Assembly (NCBI GenBank): GCA_025060695.1
Contig: JANXBH010000005.1
Coordinates: forward strand, 23,276-87,275
Direction of reading: 5' to 3'
DNA: 64,000 nucleotides
DNA from: a candidate division WOR-3 bacterium
GTDB taxonomy: Bacteria; Hydrothermota; Hydrothermia; LBFQ01; DSFT01
Every line of letters begins with the position of its first letter. Within the stretch, counting starts at the first letter, position 1. This document shows positions 48,675 to 58,808 of the stretch, piece by piece. The notes below the pieces were generated by a model. The model had not been told where the DNA came from and did no database searches. It saw nothing but the letters and a program-made list of their open reading frames with translations. A program made the position numbers and the translations under genes.

Positions 48675-50759
48675 TCATTGATTATCAATTAAGTCTTTAA
48701 AAAATTGTTCTTCTATTTTAGTTTCGGTGTTTTCTTTAGTGTGAACATCACAAGTTTCTGTCGGTTCTTTATGTGTTCTAAAAGGTTCATATATAATGGG
48801 ACAATATCTTGTAGGAAGTTTTCCTGAAACTCTACAAACCTTTCTAAATTCAACACCATAAGGTATGTAAAAATCCTTAGTAGACTTATCTTTATATATT
48901 TCCTTCATAATTAAAGACCATATTGGAACCGCTAAATATGTACTGGTTGCATTTGGAAATATAGTCCTGGTGCTATCGTATCCTACCCAAACACCAACTG
49001 TAATATCAGGAGTAAAACCTATAAACCATGCATCTCTATAGTCATCAGTCGTTCCAGTCTTACCTGCTGCGTGCTCGTTAAATTTGTATATTAATCTTGC
49101 GTCAATAGCTGTTCCTGCATCTAATACATGTTTTAATAAGTTTATTGTTAAATATGCACTAATTGAATCTAAAACTTGCGTATATTGTGGTTTATTTTCC
49201 TCTAAGATTATACCATTTGCATCTTCTACTTTTGTTATAAATATAATTTTCTTTCTGCTTCCATAGCTTGCAATTGTGCTAAAGGCATTTACTAATTCTA
49301 TTGGTCTAATGTCTATTGAACCAAGTGCAACTGAATAGTAGGGTGGGACTGGAGTTTCTATACCTAGTCTTTTTGCCATCTCACTTGCAGATGCAGGTCC
49401 AATATCCATTAGTAGTCTTACAGTTGCTAAGTTTTTTGATAGCGCGACTGCTTTCCAAATAGGTATAGCTCCATCGTATTCTCTATCGTAATTTGAAGGT
49501 TGCCATACGGAGTTATCTGATAGCTTAATAGAAATAGGTAAGTCATATATAATATCGCTTGCATTGTAACCTTTTTCTATAGCAGATGCATATGTAAATA
49601 TCTTAAATGCAGAGCCTGCCTGTCTGTATGCCTGAGTTGCCCTGTTAAATTGACTATGAAGATAGTTTCTGCCTCCTATCATTGCAAGCACATATCCTGT
49701 CTTATTATCTAATACTATAACTGCACCTTGTAGATAATTTGGTTTCTTATTTGACTTTGGATTGTAGTCTTTATATTTAGGTCTTGTTGGAAATTTCATA
49801 TCGTATACATTTAGCATACTGTCAAGAACTTTATTACATATCTCTTGTATTCTACTATTTAGTGTTGTATATATTTTACCTCCACCTCTAAAAAGAAACT
49901 CCTCTCCATACTTACTTTCTATATACTTTCTAACTTCATCAATAAAGTATGGTGCAATTCCTCCGTATAATACAGGTGATTTATGATAAACAATTTCAGG
50001 CTTGTATTTTTTGTATTTTTCATAGTCAGTTTTGGTTATTACTTTATAGTTATATAGCATTTTTAGCACGATATTCGCTCTTTCCAATGCCAAGTTGTAG
50101 TTTTTCGTTGGTGAATATCTTGATGGATTTTTCGGAATACCTGCTAATATTGCACTCTCCTTTGGATTTAAATCACTTGCACTTTTTCCAAAATAATACT
50201 GCGAAGCATTTTCAATACCATACAATCCACTTCCCATGTAAATTTGATTTAAATATCTTTCTAAAATTTCATCTTTACTAAATGTTCTCTCTAATTTGAT
50301 TGCAAGTAGAATTTCTCTAATTTTTCTTGTGAGTGTTCTTTCTTGTGTTAAAAACATATTTCTTGCAAGTTGTTGAGTAATCGTGCTTGCACCTTCCCTA
50401 ATACTAAAAGTTAAAATATTCTTTATCATAGCTTTAATCACCCTATCAATATCTACGCCCCAGTGCTTGTAAAATTTCCTGTCCTCGAGTAAGATAAATG
50501 ACATTATAACATGTTTTGGAAGTTTATCTATTCTTGTGGGTACTCTTCTTTCTTCGTGAAATTCGTATATTAGTTTTCCATTTATGTCATAAACTTTCGT
50601 TGAATTAGGTGCTCTATATCTTTCTATTTCATCTAATGACGGAAGTCCAATTGAAAGATAAATTAATGCAGGTATTGAAATAGTAATTATAACTAAGTAA
50701 GTAATAAGCGACCACTTAATACCCCACAAAAATTTTTTGAAATCAAATTTAAAGTTCAT
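48675..50759 (-). CDS. mrcA: class A penicillin-binding protein (glycosyltransferase + transpeptidase)
   Basis: GT51 motifs LLEDRKFYKHWGVD, GASTITQQLARN and RKIRE. Transpeptidase motifs GSAFK, SKN and KTGTT. Confidence 0.93.
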   Translation of the reverse strand: MNFKFDFKKFLWGIKWSLITYLVIITISIPALIYLSIGLPSLDEIERYRAPNSTKVYDINGKLIYEFHEERRVPTRIDKLPKHVIMSFILLEDRKFYKHWGVDIDRVIKAMIKNILTFSIREGASTITQQLARNMFLTQERTLTRKIREILLAIKLERTFSKDEILERYLNQIYMGSGLYGIENASQYYFGKSASDLNPKESAILAGIPKNPSRYSPTKNYNLALERANIVLKMLYNYKVITKTDYEKYKKYKPEIVYHKSPVLYGGIAPYFIDEVRKYIESKYGEEFLFRGGGKIYTTLNSRIQEICNKVLDSMLNVYDMKFPTRPKYKDYNPKSNKKPNYLQGAVIVLDNKTGYVLAMIGGRNYLHSQFNRATQAYRQAGSAFKIFTYASAIEKGYNASDIIYDLPISIKLSDNSVWQPSNYDREYDGAIPIWKAVALSKNLATVRLLMDIGPASASEMAKRLGIETPVPPYYSVALGSIDIRPIELVNAFSTIASYGSRKKIIFITKVEDANGIILEENKPQYTQVLDSISAYLTINLLKHVLDAGTAIDARLIYKFNEHAAGKTGTTDDYRDAWFIGFTPDITVGVWVGYDSTRTIFPNATSTYLAVPIWSLIMKEIYKDKSTKDFYIPYGVEFRKVCRVSGKLPTRYCPIIYEPFRTHKEPTETCDVHTKENTETKIEEQFFKDLIDNQ

Positions 50760-52405
50760 CTTAACTTGTATCTATATCCTAAGTCTTCTTTTTCAAAAAT
50801 CCATGCAACTATCTCACCACTTTCAAAATTAAAGTCATAAATTGTTCTATTAAATAAGGAAGAATATGAGTTATTTTCAATTTCTTTCAATATTTCTCTT
50901 ATTCTTTCTTTCCAATTTTCTATATTTTTTCTTGAAATTTCTATCCATTCGTAATTTAAGAAAAATTTTATATTACTTTCGTTAGCTTTCCATTTACTTT
51001 CCCAATGTTTGTCCCTTATTTCTCTTTTTGCAAAAATAAGTCCATCTGGTTCTATAAATATGGGAATACCTATGGAAATTGCAGTTTTCCTATATTCACT
51101 ATTTTTTAGAACAAAATCCAAGAGTTTTTTAAATATTTCCTCAGTATCTATATTTATAAATTCATTAAATTTATAATTTTGCTTTATAAGTTCCGCTTCC
51201 ATTATAAGTTTGCTAAGTCTTGGTGGTCCTAAAATTTCAAATGCCCAACTTCTTGCATTGTGTTTTTGTTTTAATTCTTCAAGTATTTTTATAGCTCTAT
51301 ATCTTAGATAGCCTGCTCTATAAGTGGGATGCATGATTGCAGAAGAGATTGCACTGATTATATCGTAAGATGTACTGTTTCCAATAGTTTCTAAAAATAC
51401 AACTTCCGCTATTTCCTCAGGTGTAATTGCTTCCATCTGATTTAGACTCGTTATTGCCCTAAATTCTTCTAATGAAAATACCCCGTTTTCTCCTGTATCT
51501 ATGTATAAGTCTTCCATAATTCCCTCTTCAGTCCCGTAGTCTAAATGCTCAATATCAAAAATATCACCTAATCTTAGTCTATAAATTCTCTCTTCATCAT
51601 ATAACTTTAGTTCCTTATTATTTTTCTTAATTTTCCCATAAGCTATATTCTTATATGCAATAAGTGATGCGGGTTTTATTTCTTTTATTATGGGTGCTCT
51701 TTTGTCTTTGTTAGGTTTTGATAATATTGAAAAGTTTGGTGTTTTTGATAATAAAAACAATAGCAATGTGTGTGCACCTGCAAGTGCACTTTTTGCCAAG
51801 AGAACTCTTGAAGGTCTTTCTTCACCATGAGTATAGGGTATATTTATTCCCATTCCTCCTGTGCCAGTAGTTCCAATCTTTATATAAATCTTGATTTCAT
51901 TTTGAATTAAAGTTTCCCAGAGTATTTGTATGTGTCTTATTAGTAGCGGAATTGAAGAGGATGCAATCAAGTTGTATATTTTTTCAACTCTTATGTTATC
52001 TAATGAATTTAATATTTCTTGAGATATTTTAAAGATGTCTTGATATGCAAGTGCGGTTGCGGTATTTATTGTATCAATGATTACTTCAGGCTTATGCCTA
52101 CTTACGATATTGTAAAGATGAGAATCTTTTAATATTTCTTCATTAAACTCACTAATGGCATCTTCTACTATTTCTTTTAATATTTCTTCTTTTGGTTTGT
52201 CCTTTGATTTTTCCCTTGCGAATATGTTTCCATATTCATATTGTAAGTTTGCACTTGGAAATTCTTTTTTTAACTTTTCTATTGCATCTAATACCTCTTC
52301 CCTTGTTAAACCTGAAATTATAATATCTTTAAACCCTTCCTTTAAAAACTTTTTGCAAATAGAAATACCAACTTGTCCTGCACCCCCAAGAACTAATATT
52401 TTCAT
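50756..52405 (-). CDS. NAD(P)-binding Rossmann-fold protein of unknown function (549 aa)
   Basis: N-terminal [13 protein letters not shown] dinucleotide-binding motif. A conserved-looking block [19 protein letters not shown] do not recognise the remainder. ATGA overlaps on both sides. Confidence 0.5.
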   Translation of the reverse strand: MKILVLGGAGQVGISICKKFLKEGFKDIIISGLTREEVLDAIEKLKKEFPSANLQYEYGNIFAREKSKDKPKEEILKEIVEDAISEFNEEILKDSHLYNIVSRHKPEVIIDTINTATALAYQDIFKISQEILNSLDNIRVEKIYNLIASSSIPLLIRHIQILWETLIQNEIKIYIKIGTTGTGGMGINIPYTHGEERPSRVLLAKSALAGAHTLLLFLLSKTPNFSILSKPNKDKRAPIIKEIKPASLIAYKNIAYGKIKKNNKELKLYDEERIYRLRLGDIFDIEHLDYGTEEGIMEDLYIDTGENGVFSLEEFRAITSLNQMEAITPEEIAEVVFLETIGNSTSYDIISAISSAIMHPTYRAGYLRYRAIKILEELKQKHNARSWAFEILGPPRLSKLIMEAELIKQNYKFNEFINIDTEEIFKKLLDFVLKNSEYRKTAISIGIPIFIEPDGLIFAKREIRDKHWESKWKANESNIKFFLNYEWIEISRKNIENWKERIREILKEIENNSYSSLFNRTIYDFNFESGEIVAWIFEKEDLGYRYKLR

Positions 52406-52989
52406 GCTTTATTTCTTCTTTGCTTGTATTCCATTTCAACTTTTTCTGAAAGTTTAATAATTCCATTTATAAGTGCATCTGGTGTAGGTGGACAACCTGG
52501 AACATAAATATCTACAGGGACAACTTGATCTACTCCCGGAACTACTGAATATACATTTCTATAATGGTCTCCACTTATTGCGCAACTTCCCATTGCTATT
52601 ACCCATTTTGGATATGGCATTTGGTCGTATAGTCTTTTTATTCTTGGTGCCATTTTAATAGTAACTGTGCCTGCAACTATCATTAAGTCAGCTTGCCTCG
52701 GTGTTGCTCTTAAAATTGAACCTATTCTCTCTGCGTCAAACTCTGGGCCATAAGTTGCCATAAGTTCAATCGCACAGCAAGCAAGACCAAAAGTTAATGC
52801 CCAAGGACTTTTCGCTTTTGCCCAGTTTAGTACAGATGAAACTGAGGTTATTAAAATCTCACCACCCGGAAACTTTTCAAACTTATATATAAAATCTTCA
52901 AAAATTGAAGTAGGATTTTCCTTAATATATCCTTGTTCTAAAATTTTTACATTTATGGTGTCTTTTTTGGTAATTTTAAGCTTTGCCAT
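52402..52989 (-). CDS. nuoB: NADH-quinone oxidoreductase subunit B (or NuoB-like small subunit)
   Basis: [29 protein letters not shown] and GCPPTP give the four Cys ligands of cluster N2. Confidence 0.88.
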   Translation of the reverse strand: MAKLKITKKDTINVKILEQGYIKENPTSIFEDFIYKFEKFPGGEILITSVSSVLNWAKAKSPWALTFGLACCAIELMATYGPEFDAERIGSILRATPRQADLMIVAGTVTIKMAPRIKRLYDQMPYPKWVIAMGSCAISGDHYRNVYSVVPGVDQVVPVDIYVPGCPPTPDALINGIIKLSEKVEMEYKQRRNKA

Positions 52990-52993
52990 GGTT

Positions 52994-53356
52994 CTACTCC
53001 CATCTGTAAGCCTTTTTTCTATATAGGTATATCCATCCTATTAAAAGTATGAATATAAACACAAAAGCTTCAATAACAGCAAATAAACCAAGTTTTTTAA
53101 ATACAACCGTAAATGGTAATATAAATGCAACTTCTATATCAAATATTAAAAATAAAAATGCAACGATATAAAACCTAACTGGATATCTAAGCCACGCATC
53201 TGTTATGGGAACTTCCCCTGATTCATATGGTAAATATTTATTTTCATTTTGAGTAGGTTTTGGTGAAAGAATCTTTTGAATTAGTATCATACCGATTGGT
53301 ATAAGTAGAGAGAATATTACTATAAGCAGCAATTTAATATAAACTTCCATAGCCAA
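52994..53356 (-). CDS. nuoA: NADH-quinone oxidoreductase subunit A
   Basis: [28 protein letters not shown] is the NuoA signature. The track start is TTG 53356. The ATG at 53350 (MEVYIKL) is more likely, being 7 nt after TAAAAT. Confidence 0.85.
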   Translation of the reverse strand: MAMEVYIKLLLIVIFSLLIPIGMILIQKILSPKPTQNENKYLPYESGEVPITDAWLRYPVRFYIVAFLFLIFDIEVAFILPFTVVFKKLGLFAVIEAFVFIFILLIGWIYLYRKKAYRWE

Positions 53357-53357
53357 A

Positions 53358-53363
53358 ATTTTA
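53358..53363 (-). promoter_or_regulatory. -10-like TAAAAT in AGCTTTAAAATTTTGGCTATGG, 7 nt upstream of ATG 53350
   Basis: Overlaps the stop codon of the upstream M24 peptidase gene (53361). The 22-mer is identical to 29275-29296. Confidence 0.45.
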
Positions 53364-54503
53364 AAGCTCTACGATTTGTTCTTGTTTTATGGTTGTTATG
53401 TTTGCTCTATTTTTTTGTATATATACATTTATCTCAGACCTTATGCCAAAATTGTTTTGAATATATATTCCCGGTTCAACAGAAAACAAGCAGCCATTTA
53501 TAATATTTCTATCATCGTGCGTCTCAAAATTATCTAAATTTACATTTATCCAATGAACACTTCTTCCAATTGAATGACCAGTTCTATGAACAAAGTTTTC
53601 TCCATATCCCTTTTTACCTATATATCTTCTAACAAGGTCATCTACCTCATATCCAAAAACATCCTTTCCTTTTTCTAATCTTTCAGTTATAAAATCAACT
53701 GCCATATCTCTCGCAGTTTTTACTATGTCAAAGACTTTTTTATATTCATCACTTGCCTTTCCATAGTATCCAATATAAGTAATATCGTAGTATATACTAT
53801 TTTTTATGTTTAACCTTGCCCAAATATCTATTAAAAATGGTTTTCTATATTCAATCTTCGTTGGATTTTCCTTTTTTGGAAAATAGTGAGGATTTGAAGT
53901 GTTTTCTCCTGTTGCAAATATAGGCATATCTCCGTCCATAGTAAGATTATTCTTTGTTAAATATTCATATATAAACTCTTGAACTTCATGCTCATATTTA
54001 AAATTTTTAAAATTCTCTAATACTTCAAATAGTGCTTGCTTTATTATCTCACCTGCCCTATAGTGTGTTTCCATTTCTTCCTCTTTAATTATTGATAGGT
54101 TTTGGACTATTTTAGAGGACGAGACGATATTTATTTTAAAACCCTTTATGATTTCATAAATTCCTGCATCTAAAATAGATAAATGTGGAATAGAGAACTT
54201 TTTAGAATATTCCATAGCGACTATATTATATGGACTTAGAATTTCCTTTAACTTTTCTCTCATTTCTTTCCATGTTCTATAGAAAATAATTTCTCCTGCA
54301 AAATTACTTAATTTATCAGGTTCTACTTTTGAAAGTAGCTTAATTGGTTTTCCCTGTTTTGGTATAAAGTAAAATAGTACCCTTGTTGTATGCTCAGTTA
54401 TATTTAATATGCTTCTTGCTATATAGTTTTTATTTTGAAAATCGTAAATTAGCCATCCATCTATATTTAGACTTTTTAATATATTTTGAATTTCTTCAAT
54501 CAT
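53361..54503 (-). CDS. M24-family metallopeptidase (Xaa-Pro aminopeptidase/dipeptidase type)
   Basis: HRTGHSIG, FSVEPGIY and the IDIWA region (metal ligands) are typical of the pita-bread fold. Confidence 0.85.
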   Translation of the reverse strand: MIEEIQNILKSLNIDGWLIYDFQNKNYIARSILNITEHTTRVLFYFIPKQGKPIKLLSKVEPDKLSNFAGEIIFYRTWKEMREKLKEILSPYNIVAMEYSKKFSIPHLSILDAGIYEIIKGFKINIVSSSKIVQNLSIIKEEEMETHYRAGEIIKQALFEVLENFKNFKYEHEVQEFIYEYLTKNNLTMDGDMPIFATGENTSNPHYFPKKENPTKIEYRKPFLIDIWARLNIKNSIYYDITYIGYYGKASDEYKKVFDIVKTARDMAVDFITERLEKGKDVFGYEVDDLVRRYIGKKGYGENFVHRTGHSIGRSVHWINVNLDNFETHDDRNIINGCLFSVEPGIYIQNNFGIRSEINVYIQKNRANITTIKQEQIVEL

Positions 54504-55083
54504 TTCTTAAAAGTAGTTGCTTTAAGACTAACTCTTTTTCTTTGCTTATGAAATAAACATTATTTAATATTGTAGTATCAGGACCAAGTTTTGCATACAC
54601 TATGAAACTATCAGGTGCAAAAATATAGTATCTATGTATAGATTTTTGTGTATTTATAGTTTTCTCAAAATAGTCGTAGTTTATTGCATATCTTAGTTCC
54701 TCTCTTTGAACTTTTATACTTACTTTAATTAGATAGCCATCACCTGAGAATGCATATTCTTTATTAAATCCATTTACAAATGGATATGGAAAATAAGGTA
54801 CATCACCATTAAATGCAACTATTAAATTTTCATTATCTGAGTATTCAACTACCCTTTTTATCATTAACATATCTCCCGTATTTGAAATATATTCTCTTTC
54901 TCCTTCAAAATCAAGTATTATAAAGAAGCTGTCGCTTTTTATTGCAGAGATTTTAAATTCCTTATTTTCTTTGTCCAAATATATCCATGTTGAAAATTTT
55001 TTAAATGGTAAATAATCAGAAGTTTCTATATCTACTATATCAGAACAACTTAAAATTAGAAGAAATGTTAAAAATCTTGGCAT
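54496..55083 (-). CDS. hypothetical lipoprotein
   Basis: Lipobox MPRFLTFLLILSC. Overlaps both neighbours. Confidence 0.4.
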   Translation of the reverse strand: MPRFLTFLLILSCSDIVDIETSDYLPFKKFSTWIYLDKENKEFKISAIKSDSFFIILDFEGEREYISNTGDMLMIKRVVEYSDNENLIVAFNGDVPYFPYPFVNGFNKEYAFSGDGYLIKVSIKVQREELRYAINYDYFEKTINTQKSIHRYYIFAPDSFIVYAKLGPDTTILNNVYFISKEKELVLKQLLLRND

Positions 55084-55385
55084 TTTGGATTTCTTTTGTT
55101 TAGTTTATTATAGCTTTCCAAAATTTGTAAATAGAATCTATGTGGATTTTCTGCTTTAAAATACGAAAAACCAAGCCTTATTCCTTTCGTAAATAGTTCT
55201 TTTATGCATGGATTAGTATTTTCATATATCTTTAAAAGTTCATTTTTAATACTGCTTCCATATCCAAAATATACAATCTCTTCATTTTCGTATATGAATA
55301 TATAAAATGCACCCGGTTCATCTGGTGCAAATTGGTTTATATAAAAGTCGTAAAATGGATATTTTTTATGCCAGTTAGGCCACAT
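55068..55385 (-). CDS. hypothetical protein (weak GIY-YIG-like N-terminal pattern)
   Basis: PGAFYIFIYENEEIVYFGYGSSIKNELLKIY loosely resembles GIY-x10-YIG. No further catalytic residues are recognisable. Confidence 0.3.
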   Translation of the reverse strand: MWPNWHKKYPFYDFYINQFAPDEPGAFYIFIYENEEIVYFGYGSSIKNELLKIYENTNPCIKELFTKGIRLGFSYFKAENPHRFYLQILESYNKLNKRNPKCQDF

Positions 55386-55394
55386 CGTTCTGAA

Positions 55395-55400
55395 ATTTTA
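55395..55400 (-). promoter_or_regulatory. -10-like TAAAAT, 9 nt upstream of the ATG at 55385
   Basis: AACTTTAAAATTTCAGAACGATG. Confidence 0.4.
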
Positions 55401-55418
55401 AAGTTTTTAAAATTACTT

Positions 55419-55424
55419 TAAAAT
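55419..55424 (+). promoter_or_regulatory. -10-like TAAAAT (followed by TATAAT at 55425-55430) upstream of mnmG
   Basis: TACTTTAAAATTATAATTCTATATG, with no SD. Confidence 0.4.
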
Positions 55425-55435
55425 TATAATTCTAT

Positions 55436-57295
55436 ATGATAAAGAAAAGTTTTGACGTAATTGTAGTTGGTGGTGGGCATGCAGGTATTGAGGCAAGTTT
55501 GGCAAGTGCAAGAATGGGTTTAAAGACATTACTTATAACATTAGATATAGATAAAATTGGTCAAATGTCATGTAATCCAGCTATGGGTGGAATTGCAAAA
55601 GCACACTTAATAAAAGAAATAGATGCACTTGGTGGAGAGATGGCGAGAGCAACTGATGAATCTGCAATATCTACAAAAATGTTAAATGTAAGAAAAGGAC
55701 CTGCTGTATGGTCCTTAAGAGCACAAGTAGACAGAAAAGAATATAGAGAAAGAATGAAAAAGGTAGTAATGAATACAAAAAATCTTGAGGTATTTCAAGA
55801 AGAAGTGGCAAAGCTAATTATAGAAAAATATAAAGTAATGGGATTAATTACTTCACTTGGATATGAATTTTATGCAAAAGCAATAGTTTTAACGACTGGA
55901 ACTTTTCTTGGAGGGAAAATTTATATAGGTAATACTACGAAATTAGCAGGAAGATTAGGAGAATCTTCATCTATTGAACTTTCTAAACAAATAAGAGAAA
56001 TATTTGCTGTATCAAGACTAAAGACAGGTACATCACCAAGAATAGATGGAAGAACCATTGATTTTTCAAAGCTAAAAGTAGATGAACCAGACAACCCTCC
56101 AAGAGGGTTTTCATTTAGGAATCCGTATTTAAATATAGAACAAATACCATGCTATGTTACTTATACAAATGAAAACACTCACAAAATAGTAATGGATAAC
56201 TTAAACTTAGCTCCAATGTATAATGGGACAATAAAAACAAAAGGACCAAGGTATTGTCCAAGTTTTGAGACAAAAGTAGTAGAGTTCTTTAAGGAAGTGA
56301 ATAGTCATAGAATAATATTAGAACCTGATGGTAGGGATACCAATGAGTGGTATTTAAACGGATTTTCTACATCCTTGCCACTTGAAATACAATATGAAAT
56401 GCTAAGGACTATACCAGGACTTGAAAATGCAGTTATACTAAGACCGGGATATGCAGTAGAGTATGACTTTGTAGATCCAAGGGAACTATATCCTTGGCTT
56501 GAAACGAAGAAGATAGAAAATCTATTCCTTGCCGGACAAATAAATGGCACAACAGGTTATGAAGAAGCGGGAGCACAGGGAATAATTGCAGGAATAAACG
56601 CAGGACTAAGAGCAATGAATAAAGAGCCATTTTACTTGACAAGACAAGATGGATATATAGGAGTTTTGATTGATGATTTAATTACAAAAGGAGCTGATGA
56701 ACCATATAGAATGTTAACCGCAAGAAACGAATATAGACTAATTCATAGAATGGATAATGCATATGAAAGATTATCGGAATATGGTTATAAATTTGGATTG
56801 CTAAGTCATAATGAGTATAGCATTATAAAAGAGAAAATACAAGTTGTTAAAGACGAGATTGAAAGACTAAAAACTACGAAACTAAAGGCAATTGAAATAA
56901 ATGAAAAATTAAGAGAAATTGGTTCCAGTGAAGTAAACGTAGTTATTACTCTATTTGAACTATTAAAAAGAAGTGAAGTAAACTATGAACACTTTATTAA
57001 TTGGGGTTATGCGAGAGTGGAGGATAAGCTATTAATTGAAAAGATAGAAGTTGAGGTTAAGTACGAAGGTTATATAAAGAGATTATTAGAAGAGGCTCAG
57101 AAGTTAAAAAGCATGGAAAGATTTATTATACCAGATAATATATCTTACGAAAAGATTGAAGTTATATCAAATGAAGGAAGAGATAAACTTAGAAAATATA
57201 GACCACAAACTTTAGGACAAGCCCTAAGAATACCCGGAATCAAGCCTACGGACGTAATAAATCTATATTACTACTTAAGAAGAGTTAACCAATAG
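55436..57295 (+). CDS. mnmG: tRNA uridine 5-carboxymethylaminomethyl modification enzyme MnmG (GidA)
   Basis: [18 protein letters not shown] motif, [36 protein letters not shown]. Confidence 0.97.
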   Translation: MIKKSFDVIVVGGGHAGIEASLASARMGLKTLLITLDIDKIGQMSCNPAMGGIAKAHLIKEIDALGGEMARATDESAISTKMLNVRKGPAVWSLRAQVDRKEYRERMKKVVMNTKNLEVFQEEVAKLIIEKYKVMGLITSLGYEFYAKAIVLTTGTFLGGKIYIGNTTKLAGRLGESSSIELSKQIREIFAVSRLKTGTSPRIDGRTIDFSKLKVDEPDNPPRGFSFRNPYLNIEQIPCYVTYTNENTHKIVMDNLNLAPMYNGTIKTKGPRYCPSFETKVVEFFKEVNSHRIILEPDGRDTNEWYLNGFSTSLPLEIQYEMLRTIPGLENAVILRPGYAVEYDFVDPRELYPWLETKKIENLFLAGQINGTTGYEEAGAQGIIAGINAGLRAMNKEPFYLTRQDGYIGVLIDDLITKGADEPYRMLTARNEYRLIHRMDNAYERLSEYGYKFGLLSHNEYSIIKEKIQVVKDEIERLKTTKLKAIEINEKLREIGSSEVNVVITLFELLKRSEVNYEHFINWGYARVEDKLLIEKIEVEVKYEGYIKRLLEEAQKLKSMERFIIPDNISYEKIEVISNEGRDKLRKYRPQTLGQALRIPGIKPTDVINLYYYLRRVNQ

Positions 57296-57364
57296 TATGG
57301 ATGTTCTTATCTTTTCTTTACTTTTTATGACAAGTTTATATTGGATATTAAGACCACTTTTTAA

Positions 57365-58039
57365 ATGAGTATACTTGAAGTAAAAAATCTTAGCGTAATT
57401 TTGGGTAATAAGGAAATATTGAAAGATATTAGCTTTTCGCTAAATGAAGGTGAAATACTACTTGTAATTGGTCCGAATGGGGGAGGAAAGACAACATTAC
57501 TAAAAGCTATACTAAATATTATTCCATACAGTGGAAAAATATATATAAAACAAGGATATAAACTTGGATATGTGCCACAAAATTTAGAGAACGTATCTAA
57601 TTTACCAATATGTGTTTTTGAAATGTTTAAGTTCTTTACAAATGCAAGTAGTAAAAAAGTAGAGGAAATTATGGAGTTTTTTAAGTTAAGGGAATATAAA
57701 GATGAGTTATTTAAAAATCTTTCAGGTGGTTTAAAGCAAAAAGTTCTAATATCAATCTCAATTTTAAAAGATAGTAAAATACTACTTTTAGATGAACCTA
57801 CAAATAATCTTGATGTAAGTGCACAAAATGAATTTTACAGGCTTATAAAAGAACTAAGAGAGAAATATGGGGTTTCATTTATAATAGTTAGCCATGATAT
57901 TGGGATAGTAAACTCAACTGCTGATAAAATTCTATGTCTAAATAAAGTCATGTATTATCATGGAATTGTAAAAGTAGATGAGGAAATTATAAGAAAGCTA
58001 TATCAAAGTGAAGTGAAAATAATATTACATGATCATTAG
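57365..58039 (+). CDS. metal (Zn/Mn-type) ABC transporter ATP-binding protein
   Basis: Walker A GPNGGGKTT, signature LSGGLKQK, Walker B LLLDEPTNNLD. Paired with an ABC-3 permease. Confidence 0.88.
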   Translation: MSILEVKNLSVILGNKEILKDISFSLNEGEILLVIGPNGGGKTTLLKAILNIIPYSGKIYIKQGYKLGYVPQNLENVSNLPICVFEMFKFFTNASSKKVEEIMEFFKLREYKDELFKNLSGGLKQKVLISISILKDSKILLLDEPTNNLDVSAQNEFYRLIKELREKYGVSFIIVSHDIGIVNSTADKILCLNKVMYYHGIVKVDEEIIRKLYQSEVKIILHDH

Positions 58040-58808
58040 TGCAATAATTTTTGGTAGTATTATTTCTTTGGTTTTAGGTATTTTGTCTTTCTTTGTAGTT
58101 TCAAGAAATTTGGAGTTCGCAGGGACTGGCATTTCACACGCGGTTTTTGGTGGTCTTGCAATAGGTATTCTACTAAATATAAATCCTTTAATTACAGCAA
58201 CAATATTTTCAATAATTTTCTCGTTATTAATTGTGGAAAGTTCAAATAAACAAAATGAAAATACCGCAATAGGTGTTCTATATCCATTTTCCATGGCTAT
58301 TGGAATTTTCATTCTTTCAAAGTTTTCAAAGAACTACCAAGACATTTGGTCATATTTATTTGGAAATATTTTTCTTATTAGTAAGTTTGATTTCTTTGTC
58401 TTTTTAGTTTATTCAGTCGTTATAGTTTTTTTTATTTTATTTCGCTTTAAAGAACTTGTACTTATTGCTTTTCATAAAGAGCTTGCAATTTCCAATGGTA
58501 TAAATGTAAAACTTTATGACTATTTATTTTTTATAGTTCTGTCTATAGGTATAATACTCTCGGTTAAACTGCTTGGAGTTATTTTGTCTACTGCATTTTT
58601 AGTAATTCCCTCAGCTATAAGTTTTAGACTATTTAAGGGTATAATAAAGAATATAGTATTTTCCTGTTTAATCTCATTATCATTCACAGCATTAGGTATA
58701 GTTCTATCCTATCTCTTTGATCTTCCTGTATCCTCTACAATTGTTATTATGGCATCAACTTTATATTTAATTTTAAGCTTGTTTCAACTACGGGGCAAAC
58801 ACTCTTAA
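58029..58808 (+). CDS. ABC-3 family metal transporter permease (ZnuB/TroC-like)
   Basis: Polytopic membrane protein. AGTGISHAVFGGLAIG resembles the ABC-3 D/G-x-ISHA motif. Confidence 0.8.
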   Translation: MIISAIIFGSIISLVLGILSFFVVSRNLEFAGTGISHAVFGGLAIGILLNINPLITATIFSIIFSLLIVESSNKQNENTAIGVLYPFSMAIGIFILSKFSKNYQDIWSYLFGNIFLISKFDFFVFLVYSVVIVFFILFRFKELVLIAFHKELAISNGINVKLYDYLFFIVLSIGIILSVKLLGVILSTAFLVIPSAISFRLFKGIIKNIVFSCLISLSFTALGIVLSYLFDLPVSSTIVIMASTLYLILSLFQLRGKHS

